Positions 50,201 through 60,307 are shown, counted from the first letter of the stretch. The stretch: DNA of 64,000 nucleotides from an uncultured cyanobacterium (GCA_963793425.1 CAWCAG010000005.1:1248001-1312000), one strand, 5' to 3'. Notes: a model not told the origin generated them from the letters alone. Program-made: numbers and translations.

Positions 50201-50982
50201 TGCAGGATTTTCAGCAGTTAGGGGAACCAAAAGAAGAAGCAACTGCTTGGCATCAACTGGCTATGGTGTATCAGAAAGCAAAGGTTTGGGGGCAGGCGGA
50301 GTCTGCTTATCGGCAGTCGGCACAGATTAAGGAAAGTCAGGGGAATTTAGCTGGGGCAGCAACGACTTGGAATCAGTTGGCTTTGGTTTGTAAATATACA
50401 GGGAAGTTGGAGGAGGCGGAGGCTTGGTATCGGAAGGGGATTGAGGGTTTTAAAGTTACAGGTGATAAAATTAATCAATCTAAAGCACTTAACAACCTTG
50501 CTAATTTACTGCAAAACCAACCCCAACGCCTCCCAGAAGCACAACAACTAGTAGAGGAAGCTTTAGCAATTGACAAAACCTTAGACCCAGGTGCAGCAGA
50601 GATTTGGAAAACTTACAACATTTTGGCAGAGATTACCCAGAAGCAAGGGGAAAGTTCCCAAGCTAGGGATTATCGCCGTTTAGCCAGGGAAGCGAAGTGG
50701 AATTTTGCTGGTACGAGGTATGAATTACGGAAGCATGGTGAGTTTATTGCTGAGGTTGTGGCTGCGGTGAGTGATGGTGAGGTTAGGCAGCAGTTGGAGG
50801 AATTTATTTCTGGCTTTGAAGGTGTTTGGGAAAACCTTGCGGCAGCAATTCGACAAATTCTTGCAGGGGAAAGGGATGAAGATGTTTTTCTTGAGGATTT
50901 GGATTTAGATGACTCAACTGTTATCATCCGTGCTATTTTACAGGGCATTGCTAACCCGGAAACGTTGCAAGCCTGGGAATAA
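47215..50982 (+). CDS. CHAT protease - STAND/NB-ARC-like NTPase - TPR protein
   Basis: LPWELL, IHFDGHG and LSACQS (His/Cys dyad), FWGRSREL, Walker A GFGGQGKT, Walker B LLILDNLE, C-terminal TPRs. Confidence 0.9.
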   Translation: MKLNLRFPSPQQVSVEFEQETETLEFVSPLKPEDHEEIGWYLETYATQYTTEVDDERAKRIEEKLSQWGEDLFTSVFNNRAAQRIFNAFQEEEEVGRLITISAQNPEILALPWELLRDPQGTYLCHENPRISIRRRFAKAGGGRKPFKVKAKKKLRLLYIISRPNDCNFIDPRGESQGVLEAIAQAAPGIVEVEFLRPPTLSQLVERLENRHLPTIDLIHFDGHGVFDADGSFAAKSNNPDAATKKAKGNMGYLLFEKPSGEGDLISAEKLGNMLHRQKISAIILSACQSAQMGNEPMGSVAARLTHAGIPTVLAMTYSVLVRTAKQLFQEFYRHLLQGEGMGEALDNARRNLYINSERGERQRGQARITLQVQDWFLPALYQSGNDTPLLPPGEVITEEKKTIPNNLPEVQEAGFWGRSRELWEIETAFVRGTRRITVHGFGGQGKTYLVQEVGRWLQRTVMFSHVCFVDYAAFQGIDAVGLAVSSLGVVLEKSFVDAEAVENYLRSPDQKLSLLLILDNLETLTPEASQELLTVAKKWSEIGNNRLLITTRQGNLNHPDYPISGSRKHISLALKGLGREDALSYFQELMKLPPKPLFPPPPRRKLLRLFGIVDFHLLSIGLLANQLKVQRVGEVKGSLEKLIEEAIAATANSEDKNVSLLASLRLSLQMLPEEVQGLLPKLGVFHGGVWEPMITDVMKLFTEEQWQQLRPALENAGLIQPEILPGWNAPYLKFHPTLTPALRQEGSANITSLQESYCQAYYQLSLYLYTEDDKNPHQVRAIAKRELPNLLNAVKQALDTEVDYAVNFIDNVNKFLNHFGLNRERAELTERVQKLSQDVGSPSWYLAQTNQGEQLYDGGRYQEAAQVFAAILQCLGDAPSYNLCITLNRLGRCLRHQGQAAQSAAMYRQALAVAAELEVTPGVQRQIGILHTDLADVLTDMGQFGEAKENYEKSLAIDKEIGDKRGEAVTQLQMGTLALVQGDLVEAEKSYQVALQDFQQLGEPKEEATAWHQLAMVYQKAKVWGQAESAYRQSAQIKESQGNLAGAATTWNQLALVCKYTGKLEEAEAWYRKGIEGFKVTGDKINQSKALNNLANLLQNQPQRLPEAQQLVEEALAIDKTLDPGAAEIWKTYNILAEITQKQGESSQARDYRRLAREAKWNFAGTRYELRKHGEFIAEVVAAVSDGEVRQQLEEFISGFEGVWENLAAAIRQILAGERDEDVFLEDLDLDDSTVIIRAILQGIANPETLQAWE

Positions 50983-51118
50983 ATTCCCAGACTAATAGCT
51001 AAAGTCATCTGAAGATGACTAATAAAGAGCAACGCTTCTCACAGATTAACCATAACCAGGAAATGAAGGGATTCCAGCTAGTTGATTCTTTTACCCTTAC
51101 CCTTTACCCATCAATACC

Positions 51119-51259
51119 GTAGGGGCAACCTGTTGAAATTAACTCAGCTATTACCAATAAATTACATAGGGTCGCCTGCCCCACCGATAATTCCCAGTCA
51201 GGGCAATCCATTACATTGATGGATAGGTGACTAAAACAAGGGAAGCGGGTCGCCCCTAC
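51119..51259. repeat. Composite GTAG-type REP-like element
   Basis: GTAGGGGCAACC ... GGGTCGCCTGCCCC ... CAGGGCAATCC ... GGGTCGCCCCTAC. Confidence 0.65.
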
Positions 51260-51570
51260 ACATCGCTAATTCTTTGATTTTTACCTTAGCATCCCAGATA
51301 ATCCCGCCTCTGGCATCACTAGTAAAGAAGAGTTGTTAAGTTATTTTAAACTTCAATGGAATTTTACCTTGACAAGATAAAATTATTTTAGATAATGGGA
51401 ATATTGGCAATTCCAAATTCAAAAGCATCTATTTCCCCTTATGACATACTATCAGTAAAGAAAAAAATAATCAAGGCGATTTCAGCAATTATCAAATAAC
51501 TACAGCTTTACGGTAACGCTATGCGAACCCTATGAAACAATAGAATAATTCGCCTTGCTCTAGTTTACCT

Positions 51571-53319
51571 ATGCCCAAAAAAACCTTTTCTCTTCCTTGG
51601 CTCTCTTCTACTAGCTTGCAGCGTACTTTGCCACTACTTTTAATATGGATTGCTATTGGTACGGTACTGAGATTTATACAATTAACAGGGAAGCCACCTT
51701 GGACTGATGAGTTTGCTACTTTAGTATTTAGTTTAGGTAATAGTTATAAAAATGTTCCCCTGGATCAAATAATTTCTCCTGCCACTCTTTTGGAGCCGTT
51801 GAAAATAGTTCCTAATGCCGGACTTAACGACGTTTTTACTAACTTAATCAACGAAGACAATCATCCGCCAATTTACTTTCTGCTGGCTCACCTGTGGCAA
51901 AAACTATTACCTCAAACAGGAGAATATGTATCTCTTTGGGTAGCGCGATCGCTCCCTGCTTTTTTAGGAGTTCTATCTATTCCGGCTATTTATTTTTTAA
52001 GTATAATTAGTTTTCGTTCCCGCCTAGTTGCTCATTTCGCCGCCGCAATGATGGCTCTGTCTCCTTATAGTATTTTTTTGTCCCAAGAAGCAAGACATTA
52101 TACTTTAGCAATTCTTTTCGTTATTGCTAGTTTAACTTGTTTAATTGCGGCGCTACAAAAGCTAATTCGAGGTCAAAAGTTACCTTGGTGGTTGGTAATT
52201 GTTTGGCTGATTATTAATAGCTTAGGTTTCACAACTCATTACTTTTTTAGCTTAACTTTATGCGCCCAAGCAATTTCTCTCCTAACTTTATTTTGGCCAA
52301 AAATAAAGCAAATAACCCTCCCAGTTTCCTTATGGCGTTTAGGAATAGTCGTAGCAGGTACAATAATAACCAGCTTAACTTGGGTTTTAGTTTTTATTCC
52401 TCAAGATTATGGTAACAATATGGTAGCTTGGATTCAAAACGACGGGTTTTCTTTCTTAAGCTTAATCAATCCGCCTTTCCAACTATTTGCCACCTGGTTA
52501 ACCATGGTTTATTTATTGCCAGTAGAAGCTAGTTCTTTGATTGTAGTAATTGCTTCTGGCTTAATAATGTTATTCCTATTTCTATTCGCCTTACCTTTAC
52601 TCATTCGTGGTTTAAAAATCAAGCAGAAAAATCCTAATGCTCATATCGGCAAAAAGATTTTAACCAGCTTCATTATCGCGGGAATCGCCATCTTTTTATT
52701 CATCTCTTACTTTTTAGGAATCGATATTACTAGAGGAACGCGTTATAGCTTTGTTTATTTCCCGGCGGTGATTGTTTTGTTTGCTGCTAGTTTATCCCAG
52801 TGGTGGAAAGCAAAAGAACTGATTCCTCAACCTTATGGTAGCTTTTTACTAAAGAAGTTCGGTATTAAAAATCTGCAAACGAGAGGTAAAAATGCTATTA
52901 AAATTATCTTCATAGCCAGCTTATTAAGCGCCGTAACTGTTATTATCAATTTAGGTTATCAAAAATACTATCGCCCCGACTTATTCGTCTCTCTTTTAAA
53001 AGAAACTTCTAACCTACCAGTCTTAATTGCCACCACCCACGCTTCCTTAGTGCAAACCGGAGAAATGATGGGTATTGCTTGGGAATTACAACAAGAACCC
53101 TTTTCTCAGCCTGTAAACTTTTTACTTGCTCATCAAGAAGAAAGAGAATCTCTTTTAGCCACCAAAACCTTACAACAAGAAATGCAAAAAATACCTCGTC
53201 CTTTCGACCTCTGGGCTGTTAATTTTTATGCTCCTAAAAATATAGACAATTGCGTTAAAGATGAGAGCAAATTTCCTCATATAGATGGTTATGGATATGA
53301 AGTTTATCGTTGTAAGTAA
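51571..53319 (+). CDS. Glycosyltransferase family 39 / PMT-like membrane protein
   Basis: KPPWTDE, DNHPPIYF, SQEARHYT, multiple TMs. Confidence 0.85.
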   Translation: MPKKTFSLPWLSSTSLQRTLPLLLIWIAIGTVLRFIQLTGKPPWTDEFATLVFSLGNSYKNVPLDQIISPATLLEPLKIVPNAGLNDVFTNLINEDNHPPIYFLLAHLWQKLLPQTGEYVSLWVARSLPAFLGVLSIPAIYFLSIISFRSRLVAHFAAAMMALSPYSIFLSQEARHYTLAILFVIASLTCLIAALQKLIRGQKLPWWLVIVWLIINSLGFTTHYFFSLTLCAQAISLLTLFWPKIKQITLPVSLWRLGIVVAGTIITSLTWVLVFIPQDYGNNMVAWIQNDGFSFLSLINPPFQLFATWLTMVYLLPVEASSLIVVIASGLIMLFLFLFALPLLIRGLKIKQKNPNAHIGKKILTSFIIAGIAIFLFISYFLGIDITRGTRYSFVYFPAVIVLFAASLSQWWKAKELIPQPYGSFLLKKFGIKNLQTRGKNAIKIIFIASLLSAVTVIINLGYQKYYRPDLFVSLLKETSNLPVLIATTHASLVQTGEMMGIAWELQQEPFSQPVNFLLAHQEERESLLATKTLQQEMQKIPRPFDLWAVNFYAPKNIDNCVKDESKFPHIDGYGYEVYRCK

Positions 53320-53467
53320 TAAGTAAATACCTTTTGGCAATGGCCGCAATTTTCTTGAAAGAAAGTAGGCAACAGAGAAGAGTTAGAATAAAATAGAGAC
53401 AGAGTAATCCCAGATGTTCAATGTTTAATGATAAATAATAAATGTTTAATGATAAATGATAAATGTC

Positions 53468-54049
53468 ATGCAATCTCCCTTAACTTTCCTTACCGTTGAA
53501 GACTACCTAGACACAGAAAAACATAGTAAAACTCGCCACGAATATGTAGATGGGCGAATTTTTGCTATGGCAGGTGCTAGCGAAGAACATAACTTAATAG
53601 CTGGTAATTTGTATACGGCATTGCGTTCCAATCTACGCGGAACATCTTGCCGCACCTTTGTTTCAGATATGAAAGTTAAAGTCTCGATACAAAAAGCCGA
53701 TATATTTTATTACCCCGACCTTTTAGTTACCTGTGACCCTGATGATAATGAAAGATACTATAAAACCAGTCCTAACTTAATTGTAGAAGTCCTATCTAAC
53801 TCTACTGAAACTACAGATAAAAGAGAAAAACGCCTCAATTATCAAACTATAGAAAGTTTACAAGAATATGTTTTAATCTCTCAAGACGAGATTAGAGTAG
53901 AAGTTTATCGTCGTAATGATCAAAATAATTGGTCAGTAGAAACGTTAGGCAAAGATGATAAATTGCAACTAAATTCAGTCGGGTTGACTTTAACAATGGC
54001 AGAAATTTACGAAGACGTAAACCCAGAAAAAATAGCTACAAAATCCTAA
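53468..54049 (+). CDS. Uma2 family endonuclease-like protein
   Basis: RHEYVDG..FAMAGAS..HN, YYPD, IVEVLS.ST...D..EK...Y. Confidence 0.92.
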   Translation: MQSPLTFLTVEDYLDTEKHSKTRHEYVDGRIFAMAGASEEHNLIAGNLYTALRSNLRGTSCRTFVSDMKVKVSIQKADIFYYPDLLVTCDPDDNERYYKTSPNLIVEVLSNSTETTDKREKRLNYQTIESLQEYVLISQDEIRVEVYRRNDQNNWSVETLGKDDKLQLNSVGLTLTMAEIYEDVNPEKIATKS

Positions 54050-54053
54050 CTTA

Positions 54054-55340
54054 TTACTTAAAATTAACTACTCCATTGTTATCAATCCCTGTCACGCGAT
54101 CATCAGGAAACAAACCTAACCAAGGATCTGAACTTGGAGTTAGGAAAAGTTGACTGTAAACCCTTTCATTTAAACTGGTTAAATTATTGATAGAGAGGTC
54201 ATTAAGCAACCAGTCATAAACTTGAGTTCGCAACATATACTCATTACGGACAGTATCTAAAGCCATCAATTCTTCAAACTTTTGTGTAGCAGTTGCCACA
54301 TCAACAGTGGCGCTTTTTCTTTTAATTAACTTAATACTATTTTCATCTAACTTTGCTTCCTGGCTATACAATTGAGCAATTTTTTGCCAGGTTGACTCAT
54401 CGGTAATCTCAGCTAAATTCTGGTTATTAAATAAAATATTCAAAGTAGGAGTTTCTATGATCATTTTTGACATTGCTATGGGGGCAGCATCTATCGCATT
54501 AGGATCTTCTGTATACTCAGAAATCTCTCTTAAAGGGGGCGTTTCTATCCCTAAAGAAGTTAAATCATTTGACCATTGGTTTTGTAAAGTAACCAAGCGA
54601 TCGCGCCAATATTGTCGCAAAAAGATTTGTTGTTGAGAACTAGCTTGATGGTTATATTCTTGACTAATTTGTTCTGCTTGTTGCAATTGTTTCAAGAAGG
54701 CTTGAGGCCCATATAATCCTGGCAAAGCATCAAGAGGTTGTCCTTGGGCATTTAAAATGTAGTGAATACTGTTTCCGGTTAAAGTACTTTTAAGCTGACG
54801 ACCATCACCAAAATGAACTGTTACTGTAGGAACAGGGCGTACAGATTCCCAATGTAAAATATAGCGATCGCGCAGAAATTGAGCTATATCTTTATTGGCA
54901 TATAAAGCTAGGCGGAAAAAGCGACTATTAGCACAACTTAAATCCTCATCTAAGTTCCCTAATAAACGCAAAGAAAGAATTGGTTTACCAGAACTTTGGG
55001 CCGCAGCTTGGGCTGATTCTAAGTCAGTGTACCAGTATAATTGCGAAGAATAACAATCTCTTTGTTGACAGATTTTATCTAAAACTTTGTGCAAAGCTGG
55101 AGATGAAAAGTTAGCTAATTCTTCTCCATAAGTTTGCATAAACTCTTCAATACCCGCCTGTCCTTTCTCCCGTAATTTACTAATCTTTTGGTCAGAAATA
55201 AGAGAATCTGAAGATACCGCAACACCAACAGTTTCCCGAACAGGATTTTGGGCTTTAACTGCGCTATTCCAGCCCAAACTAGCTGTAAAGAAGAAAGTTG
55301 TTGAAAATAAAATTCTCAGTCTCAGTTTATTATTTATCAT
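54054..55340 (-). CDS. Exported hypothetical protein with a thioredoxin-like domain
   Basis: Signal peptide (VKA-Q); WYTDLESA.A.A..SGKPILSL...SCANSR; GLYGPQAF. Confidence 0.65.
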   Translation of the reverse strand: MINNKLRLRILFSTTFFFTASLGWNSAVKAQNPVRETVGVAVSSDSLISDQKISKLREKGQAGIEEFMQTYGEELANFSSPALHKVLDKICQQRDCYSSQLYWYTDLESAQAAAQSSGKPILSLRLLGNLDEDLSCANSRFFRLALYANKDIAQFLRDRYILHWESVRPVPTVTVHFGDGRQLKSTLTGNSIHYILNAQGQPLDALPGLYGPQAFLKQLQQAEQISQEYNHQASSQQQIFLRQYWRDRLVTLQNQWSNDLTSLGIETPPLREISEYTEDPNAIDAAPIAMSKMIIETPTLNILFNNQNLAEITDESTWQKIAQLYSQEAKLDENSIKLIKRKSATVDVATATQKFEELMALDTVRNEYMLRTQVYDWLLNDLSINNLTSLNERVYSQLFLTPSSDPWLGLFPDDRVTGIDNNGVVNFK

Positions 55341-55462
55341 TTATCATTTTCCATTAAACATTTATCATTGAAAAACTACCACAACAATCTGCCAAATTCC
55401 CAAAAAATCATTAATACCTCGCAGCAACGGCAGGTTGCATATTAAACACTGACCATTGCTCA

Positions 55463-56662
55463 TTAATCATTGTACGGCTTGCCGTTGCCGTTAGGCATCA
55501 TTGAAATAGAAACCCCTGCCAGCAAAAAAGAGATTGCACCAATAACCACTTGCCCGATTGTAGTTAGTTCAACTTGTCCTGCCATGATACTAAACAAACT
55601 CATACCTGCGCCAAAACCACCGAAATAAGTACCTATTCCTAATCCTCCTCGGCTAGGAGGTACAGAAGATAAAGCAAGGGGGATTGTGCCGTTGAGTACG
55701 AGGCTGAATACAAACGTTAAAATTAATAGAGCGATCGCCACTAAGAAAAAGTTGGGGGCAAAAGCTAGAATTGGTAACAAAATTGTCGTAACCCCCAAGC
55801 CAATTAACATTGCTGAAGAATTACCAACACGGCTAGCAAAAATTCCTCCAGGAATGGAAGCAAAGGCGAGAATAATACTGAAAATAAACATCCCAGAATT
55901 GGTCTGACTCTCCCCTAAATTCCTGGTTAAAGCAGCAGCAACTGTGGGTAACAAAGAACGTAACCCCCAAGCAATGCCGATGCCCGCCAGACAGACGAAA
56001 CCAAGCTTAGCAAAAGAAAGATGCTGTAGTTGTTGGGGAGTAACTTCATCTTGCTGTGGTGGTTGGGGAGGATAGAGACGACGGAGAAAAAAAGCAGCCC
56101 CCAACAGGGTAAAAGAACCAATAGTGAAAGTAAAAGCCGAACCTAACTTGAGGATATTATCTTGAATAATCGGCTTAAATGCTCCTATTAACCCAGAAAC
56201 AAAGATTAAAATACCCGTAGCTTGGGGAAACTTTTGCCTGGGGACAGCTTGCCACAACAAAGCCATAGCCGGAGATCGAAACATGGTCATGGCGATCGCC
56301 CAAGCAACAGCAAATCCTGGCAGCAGCCAACGCCAAACCTGTTGAGGATTGCCCAAAATAGCTATAGTGGGGAGAGTAATAAATAAAGCTGAAGAGAGAA
56401 TTACCCCCAAAGCAATAAAAGGAAAACGATTACCAATAAATTGCTGAGTACGATCTGAAAATGCCCCAAATAAAGGTTCAAAGATTATGGCTAAAGCTTG
56501 TTCAACAATAATTATCACTGCTGCAAAGCCTGCTGCAAAGCCAAACTGTACAAGCATCTTCGGCAAATAAGTACCGTAGATCACCCAAGTTAAAGTGATT
56601 GCCCCTTGCATAGCAGCCAAGCCCAAAACCCGAAGCCACAAGATCCGTGTTGGAGATAACAT
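55463..56662 (-). CDS. MFS transporter
   Basis: About 12 hydrophobic segments; GAFSDR motif-A-like. Confidence 0.85.
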   Translation of the reverse strand: MLSPTRILWLRVLGLAAMQGAITLTWVIYGTYLPKMLVQFGFAAGFAAVIIIVEQALAIIFEPLFGAFSDRTQQFIGNRFPFIALGVILSSALFITLPTIAILGNPQQVWRWLLPGFAVAWAIAMTMFRSPAMALLWQAVPRQKFPQATGILIFVSGLIGAFKPIIQDNILKLGSAFTFTIGSFTLLGAAFFLRRLYPPQPPQQDEVTPQQLQHLSFAKLGFVCLAGIGIAWGLRSLLPTVAAALTRNLGESQTNSGMFIFSIILAFASIPGGIFASRVGNSSAMLIGLGVTTILLPILAFAPNFFLVAIALLILTFVFSLVLNGTIPLALSSVPPSRGGLGIGTYFGGFGAGMSLFSIMAGQVELTTIGQVVIGAISFLLAGVSISMMPNGNGKPYND

Positions 56663-56671
56663 TGATAATTG

Positions 56672-56815
56672 ATACCAAATCCAGTTACTGAAGTACCTTG
56701 ATAAAATCGAGAAATAAAGTTCTCAAACCCTACTCCCTACTCCCTACTCCCTACTCCCTACTCCCTGCTCCCTACCCTAGCAGAAAAGCCATGCAACAAG
56801 AGCAGGATTTGGTAG
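56672..56815. mobile_element. MITE-like element (ATACCAAATCC family), copy 2, flanked by a 46-bp direct repeat
   Basis: ATACCAAATCC ... GGATTTGGTAG with a (CCTACTC)n core; 56654-56699 is repeated at 56814-56859 with one mismatch. Confidence 0.7.
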
Positions 56816-56862
56816 ATAACATTGATAATTGATACCAAATCCGGTTACTGAAGTACCTTATT

Positions 56863-58479
56863 CTATCTCCTCAAAAGAATCTCCTGCTGAAGTACAGGAA
56901 TAGAAATGCCAGCCTCATCAAGGGCTATTTTCAGGCGACGGCGGTATTCCCTAGCTACGTCCCATTGTTTTAGGGTTTGAGTTTTAAGCCAAATGCGAAG
57001 AATAACCCCGCGATCGCCAAAACCATCAACTCCTAAAACTTGAGGCGGTTCTAAAATTTGTTCTTGCCAAACCTCGTCTGCATCCATGTCTTGGGCAACT
57101 TGATTAACTATGGCAATGGCTTTGTCAACATCAGTACGATAAGAAATGGGCAGGCTGACATCAGCCCTAGACCAACCGTTGGAATGATTGGCAACAATTT
57201 TAATCTCGCTATTCGGAACAGTAATTAACCGCCCTTCTGCATCTCGTAACTGAGTAATACGCAGGTTCATGTTTTCAACCAATCCCCCCACATCCCCCAC
57301 GGTGATTACATCTCCGACAGCGAATTGATCCTCTAGGATAATAAAAAAGCCATTGAGGGCATCCTTAATGATGTTTTGGGAAGCAAAAGAGAGGGCAACA
57401 CCAATAATCCCGGCCCCTGCTAACAAAGGTGCAATATCAACCCCTAACCAAGCCAAGGCAACAACGATGCCCGCAGCAAGACAAGTAATCGTGGCAATGC
57501 CTTTGGTTACACGAGAAATAGTTGAGATTCTTAACTGTAAACGAGAAGTAGATTCGGGTATTAATAAAGAATTTTCGGCGATCGCCGCTGCGAATTTGCT
57601 AATCAAGACGTAAACAAGGCGAATAGTTAAGTAAGTACCCAAAATCACTAAACCAACCCGGAAAGGGATTTTTAAGGCAGCTAGGATAGCTATTTGTAGG
57701 GTTCGAGTATAAGGGAATAAACCTAAAATATATAAACCACCTCCCCCCAATAAGAAAAATTCTCCTAACTCCAAAAGGCGTACTTGAATTTCTTTAAAAT
57801 TCCAATCTTGTTTATTGGTAAGTTGAGTTGAGATTGGTTGCCCTTGGTTTTGGGCAGAGGATTTAAGTTTATCTTTAGAGCGTTTCAAATAGCTTTGCCA
57901 ACGGGAGATTAACCAGCTAAGGGCTATCATGACAAAAAAAATGCTCCCAGCAATTCCTCCTTGACGGGTTAAATAACTTGTTTCTCTTTCTTGTTGGGCT
58001 TTTTTTAAACCAACCTCAACATCTTCAACTATCTGCTTAGCCCTAGTTGCCACATCAACTCCCTGTAATTCTGCATCAGGAACAGTAATTGTCAGCAAAC
58101 GAATATCTTCATTTTCATTCCCTACAGCATAGATATCCTCTAACTTTCCCGCTTCCACAGGGCGAATTTCTAAATTACTTTCTTCCGTTGTTAAATAAAT
58201 TTGACGAACATCTCGCAACCTCTGTTCAATATCAGCAACCCGGTCTGATATTTCTGATTCTGGGGCTGCAACCTTAAATAAACAGCGGCCATCAAGGCGA
58301 ATACAAGCGGGAACAATGGGATCTTCCGTACTAGGTTTAAATAATTGGTAAGGAATCAGATTAAGATTATCCAACCTGGGTAGTTGAGATTGAACAGGAG
58401 AAAATATTCCCCCCATCAAAATGATTGTTGCGGCGATCGCCATTGCCAAAGTAAAGTATTTTTTGAGCATCCCCTTCAA
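56863..58479 (-). CDS. Mechanosensitive ion channel MscS family with N-terminal periplasmic domain
   Basis: LLAGAGIIGVALSFASQNIIKD..NGFFI..EDQF.VGD, GLVE.MNLR.TQLR, VPNSEI. Confidence 0.92.
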   Translation of the reverse strand: MKGMLKKYFTLAMAIAATIILMGGIFSPVQSQLPRLDNLNLIPYQLFKPSTEDPIVPACIRLDGRCLFKVAAPESEISDRVADIEQRLRDVRQIYLTTEESNLEIRPVEAGKLEDIYAVGNENEDIRLLTITVPDAELQGVDVATRAKQIVEDVEVGLKKAQQERETSYLTRQGGIAGSIFFVMIALSWLISRWQSYLKRSKDKLKSSAQNQGQPISTQLTNKQDWNFKEIQVRLLELGEFFLLGGGGLYILGLFPYTRTLQIAILAALKIPFRVGLVILGTYLTIRLVYVLISKFAAAIAENSLLIPESTSRLQLRISTISRVTKGIATITCLAAGIVVALAWLGVDIAPLLAGAGIIGVALSFASQNIIKDALNGFFIILEDQFAVGDVITVGDVGGLVENMNLRITQLRDAEGRLITVPNSEIKIVANHSNGWSRADVSLPISYRTDVDKAIAIVNQVAQDMDADEVWQEQILEPPQVLGVDGFGDRGVILRIWLKTQTLKQWDVAREYRRRLKIALDEAGISIPVLQQEILLRR

Positions 58480-58594
58480 TAATCATTAAAATGTCTAACG
58501 ATCAATGATAAGTGGTATTTTAAGGGAGTAGGGAGATAGGGAACGAGGGAATTAGGGAGCTAGGGAGAAGAATAAACTGATAAATGATAAATGA

Positions 58595-60307
58595 TTAACG
58601 CCTATTTTTATACTCTTCAGTTTGCTTATACTCTTCAATCAACTTCTTGATTTTCTCCTTAATTTCGCTATGACGTAAAGCGCCTTCGTAGCTGTAGCGA
58701 TCATAACCGTTTTCAATAATCAAACTCTCTAAATAATCAACTCTTTCTCCTGTACCTGGGTGACTAGATAACCAAGCTGGGGGGCGAGGTAAATCTTTTT
58801 CATCTAGGATTAGCATCAGGTTGCGTAAACCGTCGGCAGCATAGTTGCTACCAGCCAAAATTCTTGTACCCAAAACATCGGCTTGCCTTTCCATGTCGCG
58901 ACTGTAATTAAGAACGAGGAGTTGTGCCGCCGTGCCACCAAAAGGGATAAACTGAGCTAAGTTAGCTGTTAAGTTGCCTTGGGTAACTAACTGGAAACCG
59001 TGGGAAAGGACAGCATGGGAAAGTTCATGGGCGATTAAACCAGCCAATTCTGCTTCCGAATTACTATCGGCGATCACCCCTGCATGAAGAAAGATTTTTC
59101 CTCCTGGTAAAGCGAAGGCGTTGAGGCTATCATCCATGATCACATAAAAGCGATAATCGAATTCATCACGGCCAGCATATTGTGCCAACTTGTAGCCAAT
59201 ATCGTTAACGTAAGCCAAAACCTCTTCATCTTCTACCATGGGTGCATATCTTTGCATTCGGTTAGAAATTTTTTCTCCTACTGCGGATTCTCCTTCAATT
59301 AAAAGTAAGGTGGTTTCCGCCGCAGAAAAGGGGCCGAATAATCCCCCTGTTACTACAAAACCAACTATTCCGGTGATAATATTAGCGATACCATTGCCCC
59401 TAATGGTAGCCCGGAGATTACTTGTGTAGCGGTCTAAATTTTCTTCTGCTAAAAGCAGAAACTCTCCTGAGCGTTCATGTTCAGGATTAATCAAGGCAAA
59501 CTGACGGGCAGCAAGAGATGCTTCTAACCATTGTTTTTCTTCCCCATAGGCTGTGACTTTAGCAGCAATTAAGTCTGGTTGCTGAGGATATAAAGTTGTT
59601 GCCCTCTCCAACAAAGGTAAGATTTCTTCTTCCCTGTTAGCTTTTTTCAACTCCTGGGCATAAAGTAAATAACCGGGGATAAATTCTGGATATTTCTCAA
59701 CTAAAAAATCTAAAGAGATTAAGGCTTTGCTATCTAATTCTTGTTCTATACCTTCTTGGGCATTTTGCCAATAAACCGCACCCCCAGGAGGTAATTGATT
59801 GGGTTCATAAATCGCTTCTGGTTTGGTGACTAATTCCGCTGCAACTTCGGCGGCAAAGGGTTCTTTTGCTTGGCGATATTTTTCTGCTGCTGCTGCAAAC
59901 TCCCCGGATAAATAAAATTCGTCTCCTTCTTTTAATAATTCTAGGCAGGCAAGTTCCTCTGGAGTTAATTCTTCCTTTTCTTGTTCCCCTTCTTCAACGT
60001 CTTCAACTTCAGTTTCTTCTTCTTCAACAGCTTCTTCCTTTGCTGTTACTTCCTCCCTATCTTCAGTAGGAATAGTATCAGGAATAACAATTGTCTCAGG
60101 AGTAGAATTTGGCTCACTTTCTTGAACTAAAATCAACTCTGAATTCAGGTTTTCTGGTAACTCCAACTCAGACAAGTCTTGAGGTACAAATAACTCCTCA
60201 GCTACCTCAAGATTTTCTTCTACCTCCTGATATGGTTCTGCCAAAACAACAGAAGTAGGTAGTAGGAAAGTTAAACTAAGCAGCAATGAGTTCCAGGCAA
60301 GTTTCAT
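58595..60307 (-). CDS. M48 family zinc metalloprotease with TPR-like N-terminal region
   Basis: Signal peptide, NAFALPGG, AHELSH (HExxH), YSRDMERQAD, LSSHP. Confidence 0.92.
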   Translation of the reverse strand: MKLAWNSLLLSLTFLLPTSVVLAEPYQEVEENLEVAEELFVPQDLSELELPENLNSELILVQESEPNSTPETIVIPDTIPTEDREEVTAKEEAVEEEETEVEDVEEGEQEKEELTPEELACLELLKEGDEFYLSGEFAAAAEKYRQAKEPFAAEVAAELVTKPEAIYEPNQLPPGGAVYWQNAQEGIEQELDSKALISLDFLVEKYPEFIPGYLLYAQELKKANREEEILPLLERATTLYPQQPDLIAAKVTAYGEEKQWLEASLAARQFALINPEHERSGEFLLLAEENLDRYTSNLRATIRGNGIANIITGIVGFVVTGGLFGPFSAAETTLLLIEGESAVGEKISNRMQRYAPMVEDEEVLAYVNDIGYKLAQYAGRDEFDYRFYVIMDDSLNAFALPGGKIFLHAGVIADSNSEAELAGLIAHELSHAVLSHGFQLVTQGNLTANLAQFIPFGGTAAQLLVLNYSRDMERQADVLGTRILAGSNYAADGLRNLMLILDEKDLPRPPAWLSSHPGTGERVDYLESLIIENGYDRYSYEGALRHSEIKEKIKKLIEEYKQTEEYKNRR

